From positions 6,510,001 through 6,574,000 of the forward strand of contig CM035353.1 in the NCBI GenBank assembly GCA_020137815.1: 64,000 nt of DNA. The letters are read 5' to 3'. The position numbers and the translations under genes are program-made. Source of the stretch: Hormiphora californensis. Taxonomy: Eukaryota; Animalia; Ctenophora. Shown in pieces: positions 1 to 11,004 of this stretch. The notes below the pieces were generated by a model. That model saw only the letters and a list, made by a program, of their open reading frames with translations, did not search any database and was not told the DNA's origin. How positions within the stretch are numbered: the stretch's first letter is position 1; every line of letters starts with the position of its first letter.

Positions 1-1826
1 TATCCGACCCAAAAATTAGCTCATCACACGACACACTCATTTACTTGACTCACCAAATAATCGACAAACACGTATCACCATTGCCTAGTCAAGCCCATAG
101 TTATAAGCATTCCCCACAAGTTTGGCGAAAAACCCCTCCACATCAAATAGCATTTTGCCCCACTGTGGTGTCCCCCAGGATACTCACAGAATAGCACTTC
201 GGGAATGAACGTACAGCTATGTCAGGAGGTGTTGGTCTCAATTCAAGCTGTCTGAATTATAGAGTTATTTGCAATTGCGGAACAGAAGAAAAGAATCGAA
301 TCAATAACTATGTCTGACTCTGCTTCCGAAACAGACTCCCTTATTTTGTATCTGAGGAAGCACAATATCTGGGATGTTTGCCCAAGCGATGATGATCATG
401 AACTGGATGGGGGCTGAAGATGACATGGTAGATGATTCCACTAATGAAGGCCCTTCATTTGAGACTAATCCCTTCATTGAAGGGATTATTCTCAAACCCC
501 AACTCAGTCTTTTTCTATTAGATATTATGTATAATATCTTTCTATACAGAACGTTTTTAGAATAACAATTTCTAACTGTGGGTCGTACCGGGTCGTACTC
601 ATTTTATATCTTGAGATTTATCACTTTATCATCTTTTTAATGTATTCTTTTTTCTGTTGGTCAATCATCTTTTTTTGATCACTTTGAACTTCAAAGTTTG
701 GAGTTATTTTATTTTCAAATTGTCATCTTTTAATTCTCCTTGCTTTTCCTTTTTTGCTGAAGGTATTACACATATTTCAAACTAAAATTCTTTTAAGTTT
801 TTGCATGTTTCCTTAGCTACTTATATTGGCTACATATTAATTATCCGTATCACTTGCATTATCCTGCATACACATGGTTTTATTATATCTGTTTTGCACG
901 CTCTGTATCCCTGGACATTTATCACTATTTTGAATATTAATTATAATTATCATGGTAGAGAGAGTGCAAGTGTGTGGTAAGGATGTGCACTTACATAACC
1001 ATTGTGTTTTCAATGACCTTTGCCAAAAGTTGGTGCACGGAAAGTGCCTGAACCTTGATATATTGACTCTCGTAGCACTTTAAATGGGACGTAATGTCAA
1101 AGGAGGAAACTCAGAGGAAGAGGTGATAAAGGTCAAATGGCAGGCCCAAAACAAATCGGACTGAGGTCTCCAGAAGTCTGAAAATTGCAATGGACTTAGG
1201 GAATAAGGTAATAGGGGGGGGGGTCGTCATGTTAATTTTGTTAATGTTTTGTTAATTAACAAACGACCCTTGGTGAAACATTAACAAAATTAACAAAATT
1301 AACAAAATTAACAAAAATCGCGTTTTAGATGTTTTTAGTCGGTTTATAGCTGTTTTATGTGTTTTTGGGTGTGTTTAGGTGTTTCTATCATAAACTCACT
1401 ATCTCCCATGGCAGATATTTCATAGCTAGGATAGTTGTTTGGATTTTATCAAAGGTTTTGAGGTAAGAAAATAGTCATTATAACAAAGGCGGGTATACGA
1501 GTAAAGAACACCAGTTTAATGTATAAACTGGTTTTTATGGGCCAAATATGGCTCACCCTGATTTAGTGGCACCCCGATTTAGTGGCAGGGATTTCCCCCC
1601 AAAAATTTTTTTGTGAAATTTTCTTGAAATTTTTTTAAAAGGAATACCAGCCACGTCCGATTCGTGTTTCGAATCGGTGCATCTTATCGCATGTCCTGCT
1701 GCTAATTAGACGGTTCGGAACGAACTGAAACGTGATCGCCATCGAATCGAAATGGGGGGTGGGGGGTACGACCCCAAAAAATCAAACTTTTTCCAAAACC
1801 CAGGGTATGGTTGGTTTTTTTTGGTG

Positions 1827-4800
1827 ACCTACAACTATGGCTCATGCAACTATGGCTCATAAAATCTATGAGCCATAGATGCATGCAACTATGGCTCATA
1901 GATTTTATGAGCCATAGATGCATACAACTATGGCTCATAGAAATGTGATCTGATTAGGTTCTATGAGCCAAAGCTAGTGAGAGTGAGTGACACGTGAGTG
2001 ACACGTGAGTGACACGTGAGTGACACGTGAGTGACATGTGAGTGACACGTGAGTTTTCGAATCATGTTATATTAAATGAGCACAAATGTAAACGATTTAC
2101 ATAATGATAAATCTAATATTACATAATTAAAATTACACTATCAGTTCATCTTGGATATAATGGTAACAGGGGTCCTTCTTTGGACAGTTCATAGAGCATT
2201 TCACGTGAATCAGCAGCTCCTTAACACGATGTTTATTCAAATCTATGATCGGATAGGTACTAAACAGCCGCCTTGCATTATCACTATCAGGATCCACAGT
2301 AAAAAACTCTCCAACAGGTCTGATTTTCGAGAAAGTAGTGTAGGTAGGATGTTCCAAGAAATTGCCTGGCTAAAGTTTCTGATCTTTCACACTCTTCCAA
2401 AACCTCCCGGTACTGGTTGAACGTTGTAGTGTTGTTCGTGACGTCGATAACAATTATAGCTAGTGAATCCACTAACAAATTCTAATGAGCGGGATCCCAG
2501 TGCCCCGATTTTCAAAATCTTCAAAAAATAGGACGTATAATTTTCCATATTGCTTCCTTAAAATCGTGAAATTGCTTCCTACCCGTTGCTCATCCGGCGC
2601 CGCTTCACGGCACCGTCGTCGCGATTATACGAATCGGCGATTCGTATAGTCCGATTGATGTTTTTAGACCACGGACCACCGAACTGGGGTCCTATTTCAG
2701 GCAAATTTTTATGCACTTTCGCATTATACAGTTAATGTACTGTGGAAGCAATGCCGGCAGCAATAATATTTTTAGTATTTGTAAGCGTCCTCCGCCCTTG
2801 GTATGCACGATTCCTGCTTTAAAACTGCAATTCTTCATACCCCATAAGTATTTAGAACAAGTATATGACATTAAAAAAATTTAATAATTCTTCAAAATTG
2901 AGGAAATCGATTGCTTCCTCCATGACCGGCTATAAGCCATAAATCGACTCTAGCGGTCCTCGTACCGGTTCATTCCGGTAGGGTATGATATCTGGGCAAC
3001 CACACTAGTAATATTTAACTGTGCAAAGAAAAAAATCGTGTCAAATGATCGATTTAAACCGTATTTTGGTAGGAAGCAACGAGGAAGCAACGCTATTTTC
3101 TATATTGCCCCATATTTGCACAGATTTTGCTGCCGCTGATTGGACACGTACGAAGTTGTGTAATGCGATCTCCTCGCTGTGCCGCTTCTCAATACAGTAT
3201 TACTGCTGTCTTTACTCGTTATTGAAGAGTCTTCAGTTTGAAAATTTTTAGGAGGGGCTCAATTGCTCCTTCGGGAGCAATTTATCACCAATTGATTTTT
3301 AGTTGAAATTGCTTCCTTGTGTCCAGATTGCTTCCAAATAAGCACTATTAACCTTTTGGGTATTTGCAAGATCGGGGCACTGGGAGCGGGATGGATATTT
3401 GACAGTGTCACATATCCACCCCCTCACTGATACGATTCTGGGATGCGCCATTAGCAGAGTGAAACGATACGAGATACGAAACTTATGATTCGGGGGAGCT
3501 CATTAGCAGTGTGAGACGATACGGTATATGGAATATGATTCGGGGAAGCTTATTAGGAGTGCTAGACGATATGAGACACGATTCGGAGAATGTTTTATCG
3601 CTCTTTCTATCTATCTCTATTTCTTTTTGTCAATTATCTTGAGAACCAGATGAGATACCTACTCATACTAATGCGAGGAAGCTCCAAACTTTGGTGCCCT
3701 TATTTTTGTCCATACTCCTTTTCCTTTTTTATCCGGATGTCGGCTCAGCCCCGTTGTTTTTAGGGGGATATGTTGTTGTTTTAGATGGAATGGTTTGAAT
3801 TTGGTCTGTTTGGCAAGACTCGAAAAAAAACCCAACGCATTCCATCTAAAACAACATATCCTCCTAAAAACAATGAGGCGAGCCGATAGGCTCTTATTAC
3901 CAAAAATAAGGGCACTAAACTCACCAAGTGTGTAGCGTCAGCTCGCATTATAGTATAATGGTAGGCACCTCATCTGGTTCTCAAGTCCAAGATAATTGAC
4001 AAAAAGAGATAGAGATAGATAGAGATAGATAGAAAGAGCGATAAAACATTCTCCGAATCCGGAATCGTGTCTCATATCGTCTAACACTCCTAATCAGCTT
4101 CCCCGAATCATGTTCCATATACCGTATCGTCTCACACTGCTAATGAGCTCCCCCGAATCATAAGTTTCGTATCTCGTATCGTTTCACTCTGCTAATGACG
4201 CATCCCAGAATCGTGTCAGTGAGGGGGGTGGATATGTGACACTGTCAAATATCCATCCCGCTCATTAGAATTTGTTAGTGGATTCACTAGCTATAATTGT
4301 TATCGACGTCACGAACAACACTACAACGTTCAACCAGTACCGGGAGGTTTTGGAAGAGTGTGAAAGATCAGAAACTTTAGCCAGGCAATTTCTTGGAACA
4401 TCCTACCTACACTACTTTCTCGAAAATCAGACCTGTTGGAGAGTTTTTTACTGTGGATCCTGATAGTGATAATGCAAGGCGGCTGTTTAGTACCTATCCG
4501 ATCATAGATTTGAATAAACATCGTGTTAAGGAGCTGCTGATTCACGTGAAATGCTCTATGAACTGTCCAAAGAAGGACCCCTGTTACCATTATATCCAAG
4601 ATGAACTGATAGTGTAATTTTAATTATGTAATATTAGATTTATCATTATGTAAATCGTTTACATTTGTGCTCATTTAATATAACATGATTCGAAAACTCA
4701 CGTGTCACTCACATGTCACTCACGTGTCACTCACGTGTCACTCACGTGTCACTCACGTGTCACTCACTCTCACTAGCTTTGGCTCATAGAACCTAATCAG

Positions 4801-4923
4801 ATCACATTTCTATGAGCCATAGTTGTATGCATCTATGGCTCATAAAATCTATGAGCCATAGTTGCATGCATCTATGGCTCATAGATTTTATGAGCCATAG
4901 TTGCATGAGCCATAGTTGTAGGT
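1827..4923. mobile_element. Foldback (palindromic) element with about 1.07-kb arms; left arm interrupted by a MITE
   Basis: 1827-2495 is the reverse complement of 4255-4923 (ORF track gives identical peptides on opposite strands); symmetry continues 3393-3795 versus 3838-4254 with more mismatches; terminal TATGGCTCAT and GTGAGTGACAC minirepeats. Confidence 0.9.
2496..3384. mobile_element. MITE with CCCAGTGCCCCGAT TIRs and 8-bp TSD
   Basis: TIRs CCCAGTGCCCCGAT / ATCGGGGCACTGGG; TSD AGCGGGAT at 2488-2495 and 3385-3392; the opposite foldback arm (4255-4262) shows the empty site. Confidence 0.92.
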
Positions 4924-5517
4924 AATCGTTTTTTTTGGTCGTTTTTGATTGAAATTTCTTAGATTTTTTTTGGTCGTTTTTGATTCTTTTGAATTTTTTT
5001 GAATTTTTTTGATTTTTTTGAAATTTTTTATCGTTTTTGATTTTTTTAAATGTTTAATGTTGAACAAAAAAGTTCAAAAAAGAATAAAAAACAATCAAAT
5101 AAAATAAAAAACGATTCAAAAATTCAAAAAAAAATGAAAAACGATGAAAAACAAGATTAATTGCATTATGTTCTAACATAATGCTGAATTTCCCTGCCAT
5201 GTGAATCTATGAAGAAAGGAAATCATGACCAGATCCGCTGTAGCAGCAAGCGGAACACAAAAGCCCGATCATCATATCACACAAACAGTATAGAGCAAAT
5301 CCTTGTGTTTTAGTAGCAATAAATTGCGCACCACGCCGCCACATTGCGCGCCACACATTTCCTGAAAACGTGCCAATGAAGTGGTTTATGAAGGAGCAGC
5401 TCGTAACTGTGTGCGCGGCTCTTGTTGCTACACCGTTGCCCCTCGCAACTAAAGTGTGACCAAAATGGTCCCTCTACCGATTAGTTAGTATACCAAAATG
5501 TCGTTTTCGAATTCTAA

Positions 5518-5586
5518 CCCTGCTATGCCTTTTTACAAAGTAAAAAGGCATCCGGGTGAATGCCTTCGGCATTCACCCGGGCAGGG
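5518..5586. other. T/Y-shaped double hairpin
   Basis: CCCTGC...GCAGGG stem enclosing two perfect adjacent hairpins: ATGCCTTTTTAC-AAA-GTAAAAAGGCAT and CCGGGTGAATGCC-TTC-GGCATTCACCCGG. Confidence 0.85.
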
Positions 5587-6804
5587 AAAAAATTAAAAAA
5601 AGACCAAAAAAAATAAAAAAAGATCAAAAAGATAAAAAAAAATCAAAAACGACCAAAAAAATCAACAATTTTGAAAATCCAGGGTATGGTTGTTTTTTTG
5701 GGCTGCACCCCCCCCCCCCATTTTGACGCTTGGTAAACATGTGATTCAATGGCCCCATGGGGATCACTTATCGATTCGTTCCGAACTCTCCAATTAGCAG
5801 CAGGACATGCGATAAGATGCACCGATTCGAAACACGATTCGGACGATTTTCACAAAAAAATTCAAAAAAATTTTTGAGGAAAAAAATCCTGCCACTAAAT
5901 CGGGGTTCCACTAAATCGGGGGCCACTAAATCAGGGTCCGACTGTATATCAGTGTTGATTGGATGGGTAGTACGTATAATATTGTCAAAAATAACGCAAA
6001 TGATCTATTAAAGCGGGATTAAAAGCTTCAAAAAGACTTAAAAAAGCTTCTTTTTTTTGTTAATAATGTTAATAATGTTAAAGTTAACATTTTAAAAATT
6101 TTCATGAAACATTAACATTAACATGACGACCCCCCCGGTAATAGAGGCGAACCTCGACAGTTCAGCACGAGTGATTGAGAGGATGTTGGGGATGAGGGTG
6201 AACTATACCACGCTAAAGCAAACCAACCGTGGGTCCAATCCTCCCCCACCTTCCTACACTTTTATAATTAGCTTCAATTTATTATGACTACACCACAACA
6301 TGGGAAGAGTTTCAGGCGTATTGCCTTGTACCATCGTTGTAATTTTTATTATAGGTACAGAAAACTTAATCTGGTATGGACATGGAACGAGAGTAAAGGA
6401 CGTCTCCTGCAGAGACTGCAGGATATTGACTTTGACAAGGCAGGGATATCTGTTAATGGGGCGTCATGCATGAGCGCCACCACAGCAATAAAGAAAAAAA
6501 TATCATCCAGGGCGGGAAGGTGGCGGGAAGGTGGTATGGTGATGGCGCAAACCTAAGTTTTTGGACGTTTGTGGACATATAATAGTAATTTGTAGAGCAT
6601 CATTACTGGCATGGACTTTATAAACTAACATGTGCGTTGTTATCACTCGCAAAAAAATATACTCCATAGATACTGTCAAAATGCAATCAAGGACTATAAC
6701 GAGGGAAAGTAAACGCCGGGCCCCTCTTAGAGTTGGTCTCGCATACACCGGCATAGATACTACTTGCCAGAGATGTAAGTTAGAGGAGGAGGATAATCTA
6801 CACC

Positions 6805-6950
6805 TCCTGGGAAAACACCAACAAAAGAGTTTAGCCATTCTAAGTCCTAAAAAGATGATTCTGGACTTTTACGATAGCTCGCCCGCCATGAGGAACAAAC
6901 ATGGCAAGGATATAGCCGAACGGATTGCTGGCCTCATGGACTGGGTTCCT
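6805..6950 (+). pseudogene. Possible Ulp1/C48 peptidase-like fragment
   Basis: GKHQQKSLAILSPKKMILDFYDSS loosely matches the H-x-L...I.(F/Y)YDS catalytic His/Asp region; no Cys motif seen. Confidence 0.3.
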
Positions 6951-7292
6951 CAGGAAACCTCTGGAAGAATATCACCTCAAATAATAAGGACGTCTTCTTT
7001 AATAGTAATTTAATATTAGTAAATAAGATTCGATAAGTACAGATGATGGTATAATTTATTCAGAAACCATAATGCACGGATATTATAACATCCCAGAAAA
7101 AGGTTCGAGTTCATCTGTATAGATTTAAGCCCATAAATAATGGGGCTAGTATCCAACCCCAACTTAGTCTTTTTCTAAGAAAAAGAAGATAGATAATAAA
7201 TGAGGGTTGAACTGAGAAGGGGGCTCCATGTGCGGACAACATCTGTAGCAATGACGTGGATAAGAAACTCAGCAGCTCAGCAAGAACCTTAA

Positions 7293-7805
7293 AGGTTGAC
7301 AAGATACCTAAAACTTTTCGTATATCGTCTTATTTTGATTTTTCATTAATTTTCAGCATTTTTTCAGAATTTTTTGTCGGCTAGAAAAAAATTCGAAATA
7401 GGGGGTCTACCGATATTGTCAGCACTGGTTTTACTGGGCACACTCACTGCGTCTCGCAAATTGAAATTCACGTTTCCGGTTCCTCAAAAGATAGCTACTT
7501 GATCTTGGTTGCGTTGGATTGGCCTTAATAAGACCTTTCCAACGCTACCAAAACGGTTTCTGTATCTCATCAGGAACCGGAGATATTCCAGTATCAATTT
7601 TAAAAAAGGCACACTCATTTGTCAGTAGACCCCCTATTTTGTTGTTTTGTTCAAACCTTTTTATTTTGCGCGGGGAGGGAGGGTCGAACAAGGCAACTAT
7701 TTTGCACATATTTCTAGCCGACAAAAAATTCTGAAAAAATGCTGAAAATTAATGATAAATCAAAATAAGACGATATACGAAAAGTTTTAGGTATCTTGTC
7801 AACCT
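7293..7805. mobile_element. TTAA-flanked MITE, Kolobok-like
   Basis: About 95-bp near-perfect TIRs starting AGGTTGACAAGATACC; TTAA at 7289-7292 and 7806-7809; RR...YY termini rather than piggyBac CCY. Confidence 0.8.
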
Positions 7806-7811
7806 TTAACC

Positions 7812-7814
<3 letters not shown>

Positions 7815-7845
<31 letters not shown>
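7815..7845. repeat. Poly-C tract (about 30 nt)
   Basis: Direct reading. Confidence 0.95.
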
Positions 7846-8853
7846 AGAACCCTGAGCAAGGAGGAGGTCCTAGACAATGAAGAAAAGGTGTTACAACTGA
7901 CTTACCAGTGTAAACTAGTACTGGAACAGGGCCTCAGGGATGTCACCGAAGTGGAAGAGCTGGCACTCTAGTCTCTATCTGGCCGAGCTCAGTAAGTCAG
8001 GTCAAGCCATGTCAGGACTCATGCTCTGGGAGGGATAACACGTCCGCCCGAGGCTGGGAAGACGAGATGGAACACACATTCTCGTTTTGCGAGAAACTTT
8101 TTTATCTAACAATATCTAACCACGCAAAAAACAAGGAGGGCGGCAAACCAGATTTACCAACAGGGAGAAGGTGCAGGCTGACACTGGCGAGCGAGATTTA
8201 TCCCGCCGTCATATTAGATCGCCCGGTATAATATTATACAGGGTGACCCAGAAAATTGAAGCCACTTAGAGATATAGTTCGATCCGTTAGCACTAGAGTC
8301 TGCGGGGGGGTACCAACCTATTTTTTTGTATTTTTTTGTATTTTTTTGTACGGTCCGTACAAAAAAATAACCAAAATTCCCTGCTTTTTCCGTACAAAAA
8401 ATACAAAAAAATACAAAAAAATATACTGCTGAAGGGAACTTCTTTAGGGCCCCCTATAAGTCTCTAGAGGTTTGCGGGGTCCTTATACTGGCCTGTATTT
8501 GTTTTGTTCGCGGGGAGGGAGGGTCGAACAAGGCAAGCCTGTATAGCCCTCTAGTTTCGTAGTACTCATAATCCCATGCTTTTTCCATGCGAACATTACC
8601 ATGATTAAGTTATTCTAGACCTGAACTTGCTCCAAATCCTAGTTTGGTAACAGCAAAATATGTCGGGATAGTGCCCAAGCTTTATTTTCTGATGAAATTT
8701 CATTTTTCGGCCGAATATGCCTACTTATTCCCCCTCATGCCTGGAAAAAGGAGGCATAAGCAGGCCGAAAAACTGAAAAAGCCGAATCGGCCTCTCTCCC
8801 CCGGCCAGTTGTGCGCGCGCTACATTATATACTCTCAAATCGCAGTCTATTCA

Positions 8854-8931
8854 GTTCCCCCATGGTGTAGTGGTTATTGCATTATATACTTGACACGCAG
8901 AAGGTCCCGGGTTCGACACTCGCCTGGATCA
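8854..8931 (+). pseudogene. tRNA-Val-like pseudogene / tRNA-derived Pol III cassette
   Basis: A box TGGTGTAGTGG, loop TTGACAC (GAC), AAGGTCCCGGGTTCGACAC B box, followed by T7; acceptor and anticodon stems are degenerate. Confidence 0.7.
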
Positions 8932-9047
8932 TTTTTTTCAAAACTTTTTAAATACTAACACTTGGTATAGCACTAAGTGTAAATCAATTAATTTCAAAAA
9001 CTCGACCGTTTTTTAGACTATTAAATTAAAGTTCCACTATCTTGAAC

Positions 9048-9672
9048 TACTGTGTGACTTTAAATGACTGAGACTGGTATATTGCGAATTGCGTGAAAAC
9101 TATGGCATCTTTCGACTTCAAATTTTGGGACATGATAAAACTAGGTTGTAGCAATTTTCTCCTAGTTTTACAGCAAATTTCAATGTTCCTGAATGAATCT
9201 ATTGCCCAAAAACCTCCTCCAACTTTACACAGTCATATCTCTGGAGTCTAATGAGATAGAGAGTTCACATTTTTAGGAGAGACAGATAAGACGATTTCGA
9301 ATGTTTTGTCTGCTTTACGAGTTGCTACATTTTACCATTTGTTCACAGGAACTGTTTAAAGTGATGTAACACGGTCTAATTAGGCCAAATTTAGGTCATT
9401 TTACCCCTCAAAGATCACATGTCCAGCTGCATCTAGTGGGCTAATGAGGCCTTGAACACGCATACGTCACGTGTTACTGTAGAGCTACAGCTCTCCTTTT
9501 CCATCTCGAACCAGCAGACATGATCATGGTGTCTGGAAGTGGTAACAAGCTGTAGAAAACCAGACAGACTAGATGCTTTCTACTTCAACGTATCACTCTC
9601 TCCCTTTCTCGTTATAAGGTCACGTGACTGGAATTGGGATCTTGACATGATCACTTAATGTCTACAAAGCGT

Positions 9673-9738
<66 letters not shown>

Positions 9739-10339
9739 ATGTCGAGATCCCAATTCCAGTCACGTGACCTTATAACGAGAAAGGGAGAGAGTGATACGTT
9801 GAAGTAGAAAGCATCTAGTCTGTCTGGTTTTCTACAGCTTGTTACCACTTCCAGACACCATGATCATGTCTGCTGGTTCGAGATGGAAAAGGAGAGCTGT
9901 AGCTCTACAGTAACACGTGACGTATGCGTGTTCAAGGCCTCATTAGCCCACTAGATGCAGCTGGACATGTGATCTTTGAGGGGTAAAATGACCTAAATTT
10001 GGCCTAATTAGACCGTATTACATCACTTTAAACAGTTCCTGTGAACAAATGGTAAAATGTAGCAACTCGTAAAGCAGACAAAACATTCGAAATCGTCTTA
10101 TCTGTCTCTCCTAAAAATGTGAACTCTCTATCTCATTAGACTCCAGAGATATGACTGTGTAAAGTTGGAGGAGGTTTTTGGGCAATAGATTCATTCAGGA
10201 ACATTGAAATTTGCTGTAAAACTAGGAGAAAATTGCTACAACCTAGTTTTATCATGTCCCAAAATTTGAAGTCGAAAGATGCCATAGTTTTCACGCAATT
10301 CGCAATATACCAGTCTCAGTCATTTAAAATCACACAGTA
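9048..10339. mobile_element. TA-flanked foldback element (Tc1/mariner-type MITE) with 602-bp arms around a (CA)n(CT)n spacer
   Basis: 9048-9649 is the reverse complement of 9738-10339 with only about 3 mismatches by eye; ends TA|CTGTGTGA...TCACACAG|TA. Confidence 0.88.
9673..9736. repeat. Compound (CT)n(CA)n(CT)n microsatellite
   Basis: Direct reading. Confidence 0.95.
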
Positions 10340-11004
10340 TTATCAAACTAACTTAGACCACGGGAAAAAATCGGCCAAAATGGGGATAAATTTTGGCCAT
10401 TCTCGGCCAAAAAATATGCTGGGACACCGGGTTAGTAAGACTTGTTCTAGTTAGGAGTCGTGGGGACGGGGAATGGTAAAATAAACTAAATAAACACTCT
10501 AGAGGCCTTTAAAGGCCAATAGAAGGACCTCGAGCGCCTCTAGAGACCTGTAGAAGGCACCAAAGAAGTTCCCGACAGCAGTAAACTTTTTTGTATTTTT
10601 TTGTATTTTTTTGTATTTTTTGTACGGACCGTACAAAAAAATATTGCCTGCTTTTTCCGTACATCCGTACACAAAAATGGTTGATACCCCCCCGAGTCTG
10701 CCCACCTGTAAATATGCATCCTCTCGAAGTTACTACAAGAACACATGTATTATGTACCAGCAACCAACAATCCCGTAGATCCATTGACCAAGTGCATTGA
10801 CCTCAAGAGGGAGACAAAGAGCAAATTACTGTCGACAATCCTCAATAAGGAGAAAAGTGCTCTCATCAATAAAGAGTACGTCGACAGGAAAGGCGAAAAA
10901 CATTCGTACACTAAGGCGTTCTTCGCCAGTAAGGAGTTCAGGAACTGTGGGAGGACTGCTCAGTGCTCATAGCAGCTTTCATAAATTACTAAACGCTACT
11001 AACC

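Larger units (their letters stand above)
1555..5944. mobile_element. Tc1/mariner-pogo-type MITE (CAGTCGGACCC terminus), left end truncated, interrupted by inner elements
   Basis: 1555-1715 is an imperfect inverted repeat of 5775-5936 (CCCGATTTAGTGGC units; TTCGAATCGGTGCATCTTATCGCATGTCCTGCTGCTAATT); right end GGGTCCGACTG followed by TA. Confidence 0.7.
1215..6136. mobile_element. Non-autonomous DNA element with poly-G/poly-C termini and 8-bp TSD; outermost layer of a nested stack
   Basis: Left end G9-TCGTCATGTTAAT, right end ATTAACATGACGAC-C6; TSD GGTAATAG at 1207-1214 and 6137-6144; subterminal TTAACAAAA-type repeats. Confidence 0.85.
8304..10693. mobile_element. Non-autonomous element with poly-G/poly-C termini and 8-bp TSD
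   Basis: G7-TACCAACCTATTTTT ... AAAAATGGTTGATA-C7; TSD GAGTCTGC at 8296-8303 and 10694-10701; TTTTTTGTA subterminal repeats at both ends. Confidence 0.88.

Noticed and set aside
8854-8931. Functional tRNA-Val gene
   Set aside because: Acceptor and anticodon stems do not pair properly and it lies inside a MITE; kept only as a pseudogene.
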